25,406 nucleotides of DNA from Ancylonema sp. (lineage: Eukaryota): contig JBFLGF010000044.1 in assembly GCA_050230475.1 (NCBI GenBank), positions 62,001-87,406 of the forward strand, given 5' to 3'. The notes under the pieces were generated by a model, which ran no database searches, was not told where the DNA came from, and saw only the letters and a program-made list of their open reading frames with translations. Each line of letters opens with the position of its first letter. Within the stretch, counting starts at the first letter, position 1. The translations under genes were made by a program, and so were the position numbers. Below are positions 1 to 8,930 of this stretch, one piece after another.

Positions 1-28
1 ATCCCTTTTTTATCAACCTTACCGTTTT

Positions 29-108
29 TCCATTTTGCCTTCTTGCCATTGTCCCATTTTGTCTTTGTGCCATTTTGCCATGGTGCCATGCTGTCGTTTT
101 TGCCCCAT
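29..108. repeat. Degenerate ~8-bp minisatellite (CCATTTTG/GCCAT-like units)
   Basis: Recurrent ccattttgcc, gccattgt, ccattttgtc, gccattttgcc, gccatggt and gccatgct units. Confidence 0.45.
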
Positions 109-1959
109 CCGCGGGAGCCACCTTTTGACCTTCGTTTTCCAATATACACCCCGCAGCATGCGCCCACAAAGGAGATGCACTGCTTCTCCTCCCCACCCTC
201 CTCCACCAGGCGCTAGTGGAAGACCCATCGATCGCCCTCCGCCTCCTCCCCCTCGCTCTCATTTCGTGTCTTGCGGTGGCGATGGTCGCTCATTCATGCG
301 CCACGTCGGCATCCATTGTGGGGGAGTATTTGGGCACGAGAACGGGGGGTGGACCCGCTGACGTGGACGCGGTTTTTGAAGGGCAAGGGGGGAAGAACGT
401 GCAAAGAATCAGAGGGAGGGAGAAACGCCGGGTAAAGAGATAGAGATCGAGGATTTCCTGTGTTTTTTTTTTTTTTTGGGGGTTACAATTGAATGTTCAA
501 CGCATGACGTGTCGTTGATTGATGTGTGTATGGCCAAGCTCGACCAATATCATTACGCACGTAAGGGTCGAAATGTTTGTATTTGAATTTGCAATTTGTT
601 GTGGGGGTTTCCGAACTTGGCAGCGCACAAGCAAAACGAGGACCCAATATCCATGTTTCGAAATCCAAATTGATTCTTTTTTAAAACGAGCATCTCCAAG
701 CCTCGTTTTCACAACAGAAGAAACGATATGTGATGAGTCGGTCCCGTGTATGATTGCAACGGCTACCGAACGTAGATACTCATTGGACATATGTTTGTAG
801 AGAGATCGACGGTTTTGTGAGAATCCTGGCCCAGATTTTGGGCACGTGCCTCCACTTCCTTTTTACCAAAAAGAAGTGGTGTGAAAAAATCGGATAAGAG
901 TCCGCACTAAAGTTGTATCACGCGGTGAACACACGCTTTGCTTGGACCTCGAGAGGTTGTGGATAAATCGGAGAAACAATCGTCTATCCAGAACAATGAG
1001 TTGAACATTGTGAAACCGTGACGGCCCTCATGTCATAGGAACAATATGACTTGGACCCAAATGGATGAGTTGCCCAAATATCTTATTGTGTAAACTCGCA
1101 CTGCATTATGGGCGGCATGGCTCAAACGTGACCACACCCATTTGCCTCAACAAAGTGTGGTGTTAGTCGCGGCGAGGAATGCGTGGATGACACAATGGTT
1201 TTGGATGATGTTGTTGTCTACATGATAGCTTGCATGGGAGAGTTTTTCAACTTGGCGTCATTCGTTGTAGTGTGCTCAATGAGCACTGCTCATTGCTTAT
1301 GCGGTTGTGACGAGTGGAAACGAGTAAAAATTTGACGTGTATGTACGCGTCAAGGCCGATAGGTTTATATAGAGGATATACGCAAACGTTTGTGCATGGC
1401 ATTTTCACATGCGAAACANAGAGGTTTCGCGCCATGGAGTGGTCGTCCCTTCCAAGTGAAAGATATTGGGAATGGTGTAGTGGTTGCTTGAGCTCTGGCT
1501 CGCCCCGAAGTTAAGAGTTTTCTACCCTGTCGTGCGTATTCATGTACTAAATGGGTGATGATGTCTGGTTGTGTTGGTTTGCAGATGTTCCTTTGATTTT
1601 TTTCATGTTTAATCTTCTAGAGGTTTACAAGAATGACCTTCCAGTCGATCATGGTCTGAAGACTAGGTACTCTGAATGCGGAGGTAATTTGGAATTGGTT
1701 GGAAAATTGACGTATGATAGATATGGAGATTTCGACAGCTGTGAGGTCCCTCCCATCTTGAGGGTATGATCGATTACTTGCTCTGTCCCTCTCTGTCCCT
1801 TGGTTGTGATAGGACATAGCTTCCAATTCCCGTTGACGTTCTAGATCTGACTGCATGACAGTGTAAGTGGGTTGTTGGTCAGGTTTGAACCACTCAGGTT
1901 ATTTTAGTTGATCTGCAGCACGTGTAGTTGCCAAGGTAAGCAAGTTGCGTGCTTTGAAT

Positions 1960-2900
1960 TTTATGCGTTGATCTTTGGTGTGGTGTCGTCCCTTGTAGTA
2001 TTCACACTATGCATCATAAGTATAGTCTTTTGCATCATATTTTCGTTCTCGAGGTTTGAATGGTGGTATGTTCTGTCGTCTGTTCTCTTAGTTTCCTCCG
2101 TAGTTTCCTCCCTTGAACTCTGTGTTCAGTGAATTGTTAGGTTTGGAGCCCCGTGTCTGGTTCTGTGTGTTGGACTAATAGTTTTTTGGTTTCTTGTTTG
2201 CACGACAGTCCCGTGCCAGATGAGGTCCTCCACAAGAAAAACATGTCAACGGAATGTCCGAGCGTGGTGCTAATCCGTTGTTCTGTCGTTGTTGTGTAGA
2301 AGGAGTAGAAGATGTTTGTGATCGAGTTGGAATATAGGCTTTGGAAATTCTTGCAGCTCGATTATCTGCATCTTGTTTCATTTCTAGGAGTTTATTCGCC
2401 TTCTCCATGGATCCCTTTCTAGTACTAGGTGGTAGTTGAGGTGTAGCGTAGTATCGGCGCTTTGACTTAGAGAAGTGCCAATCGTGAGAAGTGCCAATCG
2501 TCAATGTAAGGTTGTAGAGATTGTGGAATTTGCTAGTTGTTCTCTTGTCATGGCACCGGCTTCCTGAACAACAGTTGCTGGTTCGTTGAATTTCAGTCAG
2601 CATGTCCCATACGTTGTGCACGTTGTTGGGTTCGATGGTACTGTCGTGGACTATCAATAAATTCATATTGTTTGACTCCTCTGTCACCGTAATATGTTGG
2701 TAGTGGCGTTGGGTGTGCCATAGTGTGGTCTATCCCACCTTTAACCCGTCCTCGGTATATTGGTAAGACTAGTGGTGGTGCTACGACTGGTCCCGATACT
2801 CGTAGAGGTGTCGATGGTTCCGATGTGGTCCCCGATGTGGCTGGTGCAGCCGGTATCGAAGTATCGACAATCTGGTGAGTTTGTGGGTCAATCGACAGAA
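1960..2900 (-). pseudogene. gag: Decayed Ty3/gypsy-like gag with a zinc knuckle; relative of the gag at 11.8-12.7 kb
   Basis: Knuckle CFSCGGPHLARDC in ORF 2175-2687(-) and a degenerate second knuckle CEYYKGRHHTKDQR at ~1964-2007. Hand translation of another frame gives LPTYYGDRGVKQYEFIDSPRQYHRTQQRAQRMGHAD* and KFNEPATVVQEAGAMTREQLA, which align to the 11.8-12.3 kb gag. It has stops and a frameshifting 16-bp tandem duplication (GAGAAGTGCCAATCGT x2, 2470-2501). Confidence 0.75.
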
Positions 2901-3367
2901 CCGATCGAGTCAGAAAAAGGTTTGCAAAGAATTTCTCCGAAGAATTGGTGGGTAACGAATTATGTCGTTCGATATGGTTTGGTGGAAATTGTTGTGATAC
3001 TTAATTACATTCTGATGAAGATTCCGATGCTCCGCTGAACAAGTGCGGTGATAATTTTTCAAAGTCTTCGAATTCTGATATTGGTGTGTCAAACTAGTCT
3101 GAATTAGGGTTGTTGGTGTTAGTAGCTGGTGCAGTTGTTGTTTCACCCGTTTCTCATGATGGTATTTCCAGTTTGGATAATCTTTCACTGCTATTTCTTG
3201 TCCACATACACTAGTGAAAGTGATCTATAACATTAAAGTAGGTAGTTTGAAAATAAAATGGTCAATTTCTTATTTTGGTAAATGACTTGATGGTTTAAAA
3301 GTCTTCCGTTGGTCTCATTGAAGTTGGGTTGCCGATTAAGTCTCTACTCAAAACTAGGTGTTATGCN

Positions 3368-3576
3368 AGTGTAAAGTGAACGGATGAACGGCGGGTAAAT
3401 TTGAGGGTTTAAAAAAGTGAACGGGTTTTTTAGTGTAAAGTGAACGGTACTGTGAAAAAAAACCCGAGAACAACATAAAAAAATAGACCCCCGCAAAGCT
3501 TACAATGCCATAATTAGTACGGTACTGGTGCGGTACAAATTGCGTGTTGTTGTAAAGGTGGGCCATTCTGCTTGCC
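3368..3576 (-). repeat. Inverted, truncated copy of the leader plus CCGTTCA-array element at 21178-22005
   Basis: The reverse complement contains CTCAAATTTACCCGCCGTTCATCCGTTCACTTTACACT, identical to 21573-21600 and its repeat context. Its leader is about three-quarters identical over ~68 nt to 21178-21244. The copy ends at the N at 3367. Confidence 0.85.
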
Positions 3577-3580
3577 GGGT

Positions 3581-3727
3581 TACGGTATAATAAATATATT
3601 TTACCCGGGTCATAATTATGGGTCAAAGGATAATAAATATATTTTACCCGGGTCAAGTTGGTGGGTCACGACAAAAAATAATAGTTTTTTTTTAACCCGG
3701 GTCATTATGTATGGCCAGTACGGTATA
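3581..3727. repeat. Short repeat module, possibly a DNA-transposon end or MITE fragment
   Basis: ATAATAAATATATTTTACCCGGGTCA occurs exactly at 3587-3612 and 3630-3655, with a variant at 3678-3704. GGGTCA occurs five times. TACGGTATA brackets the module at 3581 and 3719. Confidence 0.6.
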
Positions 3728-4166
3728 TCCATGGAGACCTCGTTATATTTGACCTCAACAGTGGTGATCGCATGACATGCATGTCTCTAGTCTTGAACTC
3801 CTTATGATAAGGCCGACTTTGAAAACCTTGTGTTATACAAAATCCGTGATGCATACATATTTTCAAACAAACCCAAATCGAATCAACCAATTCACACAAC
3901 AAAAGGATTTGGTAAAACGTCCCTTTAGATCATCCTCGACCAACCAACCATTAAACCAACCAACCGAACACACCAACATGACCTCATATAAAACCGGACA
4001 TAGCATCGCCTTGTCTATGGTCTCTAACTCTCACTTAGACTACCCGCTCACAATTCATTTAAAAAAAAAAAAAAGAGATACCGCATTGTTCTCCCTAAAG
4101 ATCCTATCTCAACATACACAGCTTCAAAGCCAAACACCACCCCTAGTCCAAATAAACGTCCGCATT

Positions 4167-4291
4167 TGTCCTTATTTACGACTTGTTCTCTACAACCCTC
4201 CAATCATGAGCAAAGCCTAGCTTCTATAGCGAAAGAGGGTTTGGTTTTGCTCATGAAGAACGGGGGATGAGAACAAGAACAATAAGTGACA
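4167..4291. repeat. Imperfect inverted repeat (foldback, ~125 bp)
   Basis: Nested colinear pairs: TGTC/GACA, CTTATT/AATAAG, CTTGTTCTC(4182-4190)/GAGAACAAG(4269-4277), TCATGAGCAAA(4204-4214)/TTTGCTCATGA(4246-4256). Confidence 0.7.
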
Positions 4292-4914
4292 GTGAGGTAC
4301 CCCAAATAAATAAGCCAAACTTTCAACACGACTCCGTCATTAGTAACAAGGAAGAGCAAAAAAGGTCGGTTGATTTCACCCCTTCCTCCACTTCCAGATC
4401 CGCCTCATAATCTCCTCACCGCCTGCCGAGCCACGTGTCATCATCAAATCGAGCCACATGTCACCTCCTTCTCCAACCTCCACTTGTCACTCGTGTCTCC
4501 ACCAACGACTGCCTCCTTCGCTTAAATAATCCTTCTCATAAATACACCACCTCCCCCCTCCCTTCCCCGCATTCCCCGCCCCCCAACCCCCCCAAACACC
4601 TAAACCCGACCACAATATCCATTCACATGCTCCAAATCGATCCCCCATAGGTCCACATCCCCCACCCCCCTCGACCAAATCGCCCCAAAAAAATGACAAG
4701 TCCTCGTCTCTACCACTCTCCATACCCCCTCTGCATCATTTGCACACACAACTGGTGTGCAAACGAACGCGGAACCAGCTGAAACCCACGATTGCCAAGG
4801 AGGCTCAGAGGGGGGGAGGGTGGGGTTGGGGGTTGGGGGTACACCTGCAACCAGAACCCAATCCCCCCCCCGTGTGGGAATGAGGACCTCGGAAGAGAGA
4901 CCACCACTGTGAGC

Positions 4915-5060
4915 ATAACGGTAACCTAGAACATAACCATAACCTGAAAAATAATTGTTACGTATAACCGTAACCGTGATCATCACCATGACCGTAACTG
5001 TAATGTTACCAAGGGATGTACCATTACTGTAACCGTAACCGTAACCGTCGTCGTTACTGT
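4915..5060. repeat. Degenerate (TAACCG)n hexamer repeat
   Basis: taaccgtaaccgt at ~4965 and gtaaccgtaaccgtaaccgt at ~5029-5048, plus diverged units. Confidence 0.65.
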
Positions 5061-5173
5061 GTCACCCGCCTCACCTCCGTGTGCTTCGTCTGAGTGAGTC
5101 GCTGGATTCGATTGTATTCCAAATCGATACACTCGAGCACCTTCTCCAACACCATACCGAAACTCGTCTGCGT

Positions 5174-5211
5174 AATGCACAAAAATGCACAAAAATGCAC
5201 AAAAATGCACA
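5174..5211. repeat. 10-bp tandem repeat (AAAAATGCAC), ~3.8 copies
   Basis: Directly visible perfect repeat. Confidence 0.9.
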
Positions 5212-5284
5212 CAGTAGCTGTTTTAGAACCTCCTCACCTCCACTCCCTTCGATTCCTCTACCATCGTGTCGTTGACGGACGTCT

Positions 5285-5460
5285 ATACACTCATGCATGC
5301 ATGCAGAGATGCATACACACAAAACTAAACATGCATACGTACTAACATGCGTACATAGATACACACATACATAGATACATACATACATACATACAAACAT
5401 ACATCCACACGTGAAATCTACATACATGCAAACCTGAAGATATTCTTGCAATACATCCAT
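5285..5460. repeat. Degenerate (CATA)n/(CATG)n microsatellite
   Basis: acatacatacatacatacaaacatacat run and related tetramers. A poly(A) run follows at ~5575-5595. Confidence 0.8.
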
Positions 5461-6127
5461 CCCTTCATCCCCCCCTCCCCTTTTCCTCACCCTTCCAGTG
5501 TACGGGGGGGAGAGCTGGCGAAGAATTTCGAGACGGTCACCGTTCGTATGCTGACGCATCTGTACCCCAATGGCAAAAAAAAAAAAAAAAAAAAAGAAGA
5601 GGAACAATTGTTTTCTACCGACTTGTTACCCTATCCATCTCCAGCTCCCCCCCCTACCCGCGCCTCCCAGCCGCCACCCGCCACCAGCCTTCCCCAGCCC
5701 TATATACCTGGACCTGCACCTTCACCCCCTGCCTGTTTTTAACCGCCTTCCTCGGAGACCCCCCACAATAATCTCCCTCTTCTGCCACCTGGATTCATCA
5801 CACACGTGCGACGTCATCACGTCAGCCACAACATCCCATGAGTAGGATCCGACCTCCGAGGACGGTTCCAGGAAGATTCAAGATAAGGTTCCTGCCCCAC
5901 CCCTTCTTCCCTCACCTCTTCCTGGTCCCTGAGTCTCCTCCTCCCCCCCTCCCCCTCCAAGATCGAGTTGGGGTTCGGTTGGGAAAGGGTGCGCTCCAGG
6001 CCTCCCCTGGTAGGGGGGGAGAGGAGGAAGGGGGCTGCTGGGGAGCTGAACGACCTCCCCCCCCCTCGCCCAACCGCCATAAGGAACTCGAGAGCATCCC
6101 TTCGCGACTGGGAGTCGAGGTTCTGCT

Positions 6128-6547
6128 TTGGGTTCAGGTTCTGGTTCTGGGTCAGGTTCTGGTTCAGGTTCTGAGTCAGGTTCTGGTTCTGGTTCTGGTT
6201 CAGAATCAAGTTCTGGTCCAGGATCCGGTTCTCGTTCAGGCGCAGGTTCCGGTTCAGGTTCAGATTCGGGTTCAAGTCCTGATTCTGGTTCAGATTCGGG
6301 TTCAAGTTCTGGTTCTGAATCAGATTCCGGTTCTGGCTCTGGATCAAGCTCTGGTTCAGATTCCAAAACAGAATCTGGTTCTGATTCACGATCTGGTTCA
6401 AGCTCTGGCTCAAATTCTGATGCAGAGTCAGATTCAGATTCGGATTCGGATTCGGGGTCTGAGGTAAAGCCGCAAAGATTGGTTGCCACGAGTTCCGAAT
6501 CTGGCTCTGGTCGATGCCAAGTGTCACCAGGGGACTGGGCCACGTAA
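6128..6547 (+). repeat. Coding hexamer expansion (GGN TCN / GAT TCN) giving a Gly-Ser/Asp-Ser tract, probably the copia integrase-RT linker
   Basis: ORF 6128-6547 reads GSGSGS...SDSDSD and ends [11 protein letters not shown], which resembles the RxRxPPGEW-type motif of copia linkers. It lies on the same strand just upstream of copia RT/RH. Third-position variation (GGT/GGG/GGC/GGA; TCT/TCA/TCC/TCG) is silent in this frame. Confidence 0.6.
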
Positions 6548-6629
6548 GCCCAGCCCCCAACCCCTGCCCTGCCCTTTGGGCAAATAAGGACGCAAAATGG
6601 TCGAGATTCTCCGCAGGGCGGTCAAATGT

Positions 6630-7305
6630 CCTCTTCCCCCTACCCCTGAAGAAATAACAGACTTTCGAGGGAAAGTGGGATCTCTCATATATGCCATGAA
6701 ACAAACCAGACTGGATCTCGGGTATGCACTTGGGGTACTGGCTAAACACATGGGAAATCCTGGGGTTGCACACATAAGGGCGTTACATCAACTATTCAGA
6801 TACTTGAAAGGGACTCTGTCAACCACGGACTGACGTTTGTGGGTAAGAACATTTTTGAAGTAAAGGGTTACTGCGATGCATCATGGAACAGTTGCAGCAT
6901 GACAGGGAAGTCAGTCACAGGATGGGTAACCACGGTTGGGGGGACAGCACTGAGTTGGAAGTCACAGAAACAGTCCACTGTTGCACAGAGCACTGCTGAG
7001 GCTGAATATATCGCTGCCTGTAGTGTGTCTAAAGAATGCTGTTATCTAAAGTCTCTCTTGAAAGAACTCAAATTCCCACACCAAATCACAATCCACACTG
7101 ATTCAACCTCAGCTCTCTCCATGATCCAGAATCCTGTGCAAAGACAGAAAGATTTTAATGTGGTATATCACTGGGTACGGTACGGGAATGCCACAGCACG
7201 GGGAGACTATGACGGTATGTGTATCTTGCAGGCGCAAATCAACCAGCAGATATGCTAACTAATTTTGCGGCTCACCCACAGGTTTTAAAACGATTTGTCA
7301 CTTAA
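6630..7305 (+). pseudogene. pol: Ty1/copia pol remnant: RT C-terminus and RNase H, frameshifted
   Basis: FRGKVGSLIYAMKQTRLDLGYALGVLAKHMGNPG..H..AL...FRYLKGT, then GYCDASW, KSVTGW, LSWKSQKQSTVAQSTAEAEYIA, IHTDSTSA and YHWVR. The terminal NQPADMLT is in a shifted frame that stops at 7303-7305. Confidence 0.95.
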
Positions 7306-7326
7306 CACGGTAGCGCACAAGTTCTA

Positions 7327-7940
7327 TGCTTTACAATACACGACAATAAATTGTACGATAAAGCAACAGCGATTCGGTATGATTGTGAAATGTTTATTAT
7401 GAACGCGTTCTCGTCGGGCTAATGTACCCGACGAGGCGACAACGGTACAATGATTACCGGACACTTTTCTAGCCGACGGTCGGACCTATCGACCGCCGTC
7501 GTGCTACCGCACGTGTGTCCACGGCAACATGCCGGAATCGAATGTCACCACACAAATCCAGCTAATGGGGTGGTGACACCGCCTAGCATTCTACAATGAC
7601 TACTAGCTTGGTCACGTCCGTACAAGTGTGGACGTGCCGTGTGCGGACGGATACCCGGGTATAGCATTCCCGGCTCCGTGTCCTAAAAGACTCTAAGGCA
7701 ATTTGCCGGACAAGGCAAACAAGGTATGCCTATCCGATACTTCAAATCCTAACATACCCCCTCGGATGCACCTGCCTTGTTTGGCAATCTAGTGGTGCAC
7801 CAAAGACTATGCTAGACGCGATAATCACACAGTTGGGTCTTCCTAAGTCAAAAAACAAGACTTAGGGCTCGTATCTACAAGTCGTACACACGCTCCCGTT
7901 GAAGAGCTCCCGCTCCATCCCACGGTTTCGGGCCGAAGCC
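7327..7940 (+). ncRNA. Candidate large structured RNA element, family unidentified
   Basis: More than ten stems, e.g. 7410-7418/7427-7435 (9 bp), 7543-7551/7570-7578 (9 bp), 7703-7717/7773-7787 (15 bp with two G-U), 7613-7620/7629-7636, 7842-7849/7859-7866 and 7924-7930/7934-7940. No ORF of 60 aa or more on the + strand. No evidence of transcription is available. Confidence 0.5.
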
Positions 7941-8930
7941 CTAAACAATACAAACAAAAATCACAAGTAAGTCGACAAAGTTCATTTTTCACTTTCCAGT
8001 TTTGAGTCAGAAAATTTAAACTTGCATAACTTCTTGAAAACATAACAAAACAATCTCAGACTTTGAAACAACACTCACAAAGGCAATAGTAACATGTATG
8101 CCAAAATTCAGCTTTAAACAAGTTCAGATGCAAAAGTTCAGTTTTCAGACTTCAACTTTCTTACATTTTTCTGGACTTCAAATACTTTAGGGGTTGAGAG
8201 TTGGAAAGGACTCAGCTTTGAAAAACAATAGTAGTCCTCCACTCTGTATCACACAAATCACCCCGTGCCAGACTAGGCAGTGGATCCGAAAGCTCCACTC
8301 AGAAGTAGCACCCCCTGTTTATTGGGGATCTATCCAAAACTAACTTTCTAGCAGCAAAACTGTCTGCCCAGAGACCGTGGCCGAGTAAAAACATTACTAC
8401 TGCCAGATTTGTTATTTAAATAAATCAATTTTTTGTTTAAACTGTAGTTACCTCTTTTGGCTATGTGAAACACTTTTCTAATCACACATCGACTCAGTCA
8501 GGCTCAGCAGGCAGCAATTCTTTTGAGCTGCTGTCAGCAGACTGTTCTGATCCTGACTGAATACCCTGCTGGACCTCTGCGATGCAGATTTTCCCCTATC
8601 CTCTCCAAATACCTCCAAACTTTTTAACAAGCTTCCCAAGTCTACCAGTCATGCTACTGGCTTTACTACGTGTTAAAAGACCAAATATCCAGCCCAAGAT
8701 AAAACTTGGCGTGGGGTACTGGCAGTCTGGCAGACTCTCTAAATCTGCTGCCTTGTCAGCCTCTTTCTATCCTTGTTAGATAATTAGGCCACCCAGGGCC
8801 TCTATCACACCCTAACTGTCTTACAGAACTCCCAGACCTCCTTGAAAATATACCCCCTAGACCATGACATCTCATAATATCAGGCAGGGCGCAGGGTTGG
8901 GAAGGGTGTGGTAGTTTGTTAAGACGTTTC

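Noticed and set aside
1050..1220. LINE C-terminal-like peptide TALWAAWLKRD on +
   Set aside because: A single short motif amid stops with no other LINE domains. The region 480-1530 remains unassigned.
4915..5060. Interstitial telomere repeat
   Set aside because: The unit is TAACCG rather than TAACCC or TAAACCC, and the tract is short and degenerate. Treated as a simple repeat.
5071..5845. ORFs of 64-178 aa over the CATA, poly(A) and C-rich tracts
   Set aside because: Low-complexity artefacts with no domain signal.
5817..6773. Glu-Pro (procyclin-like), Asn-Gln-Leu and Val-Gln-Leu ORFs of 209-318 aa
   Set aside because: These are shadow frames of a hexamer repeat. The + strand Gly-Ser frame is co-oriented with copia pol and makes the third-position variation silent.
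7579..7646. Twister ribozyme or tRNA-like fold (CCGCCTAGC...TACAAG...GCGG)
   Set aside because: It lacks the twister UAA cleavage-site loop and matching 3' pseudoknot partner, and has no T-loop (TTCRA) or D-loop consensus for a tRNA.
7641..7900. Group II intron (GTGCG at 7641) or group I intron (AGACTA at ~7804)
   Set aside because: No recognisable domain V and no P7 partner or S element.
7700..7946. Telomerase RNA (CCCTAAAC at ~7939-7946 plus a pseudoknot)
   Set aside because: The template-like 8-mer lies 3' of and outside the enclosed pseudoknot, the wrong order for telomerase RNA, and an 8-mer match is weak.
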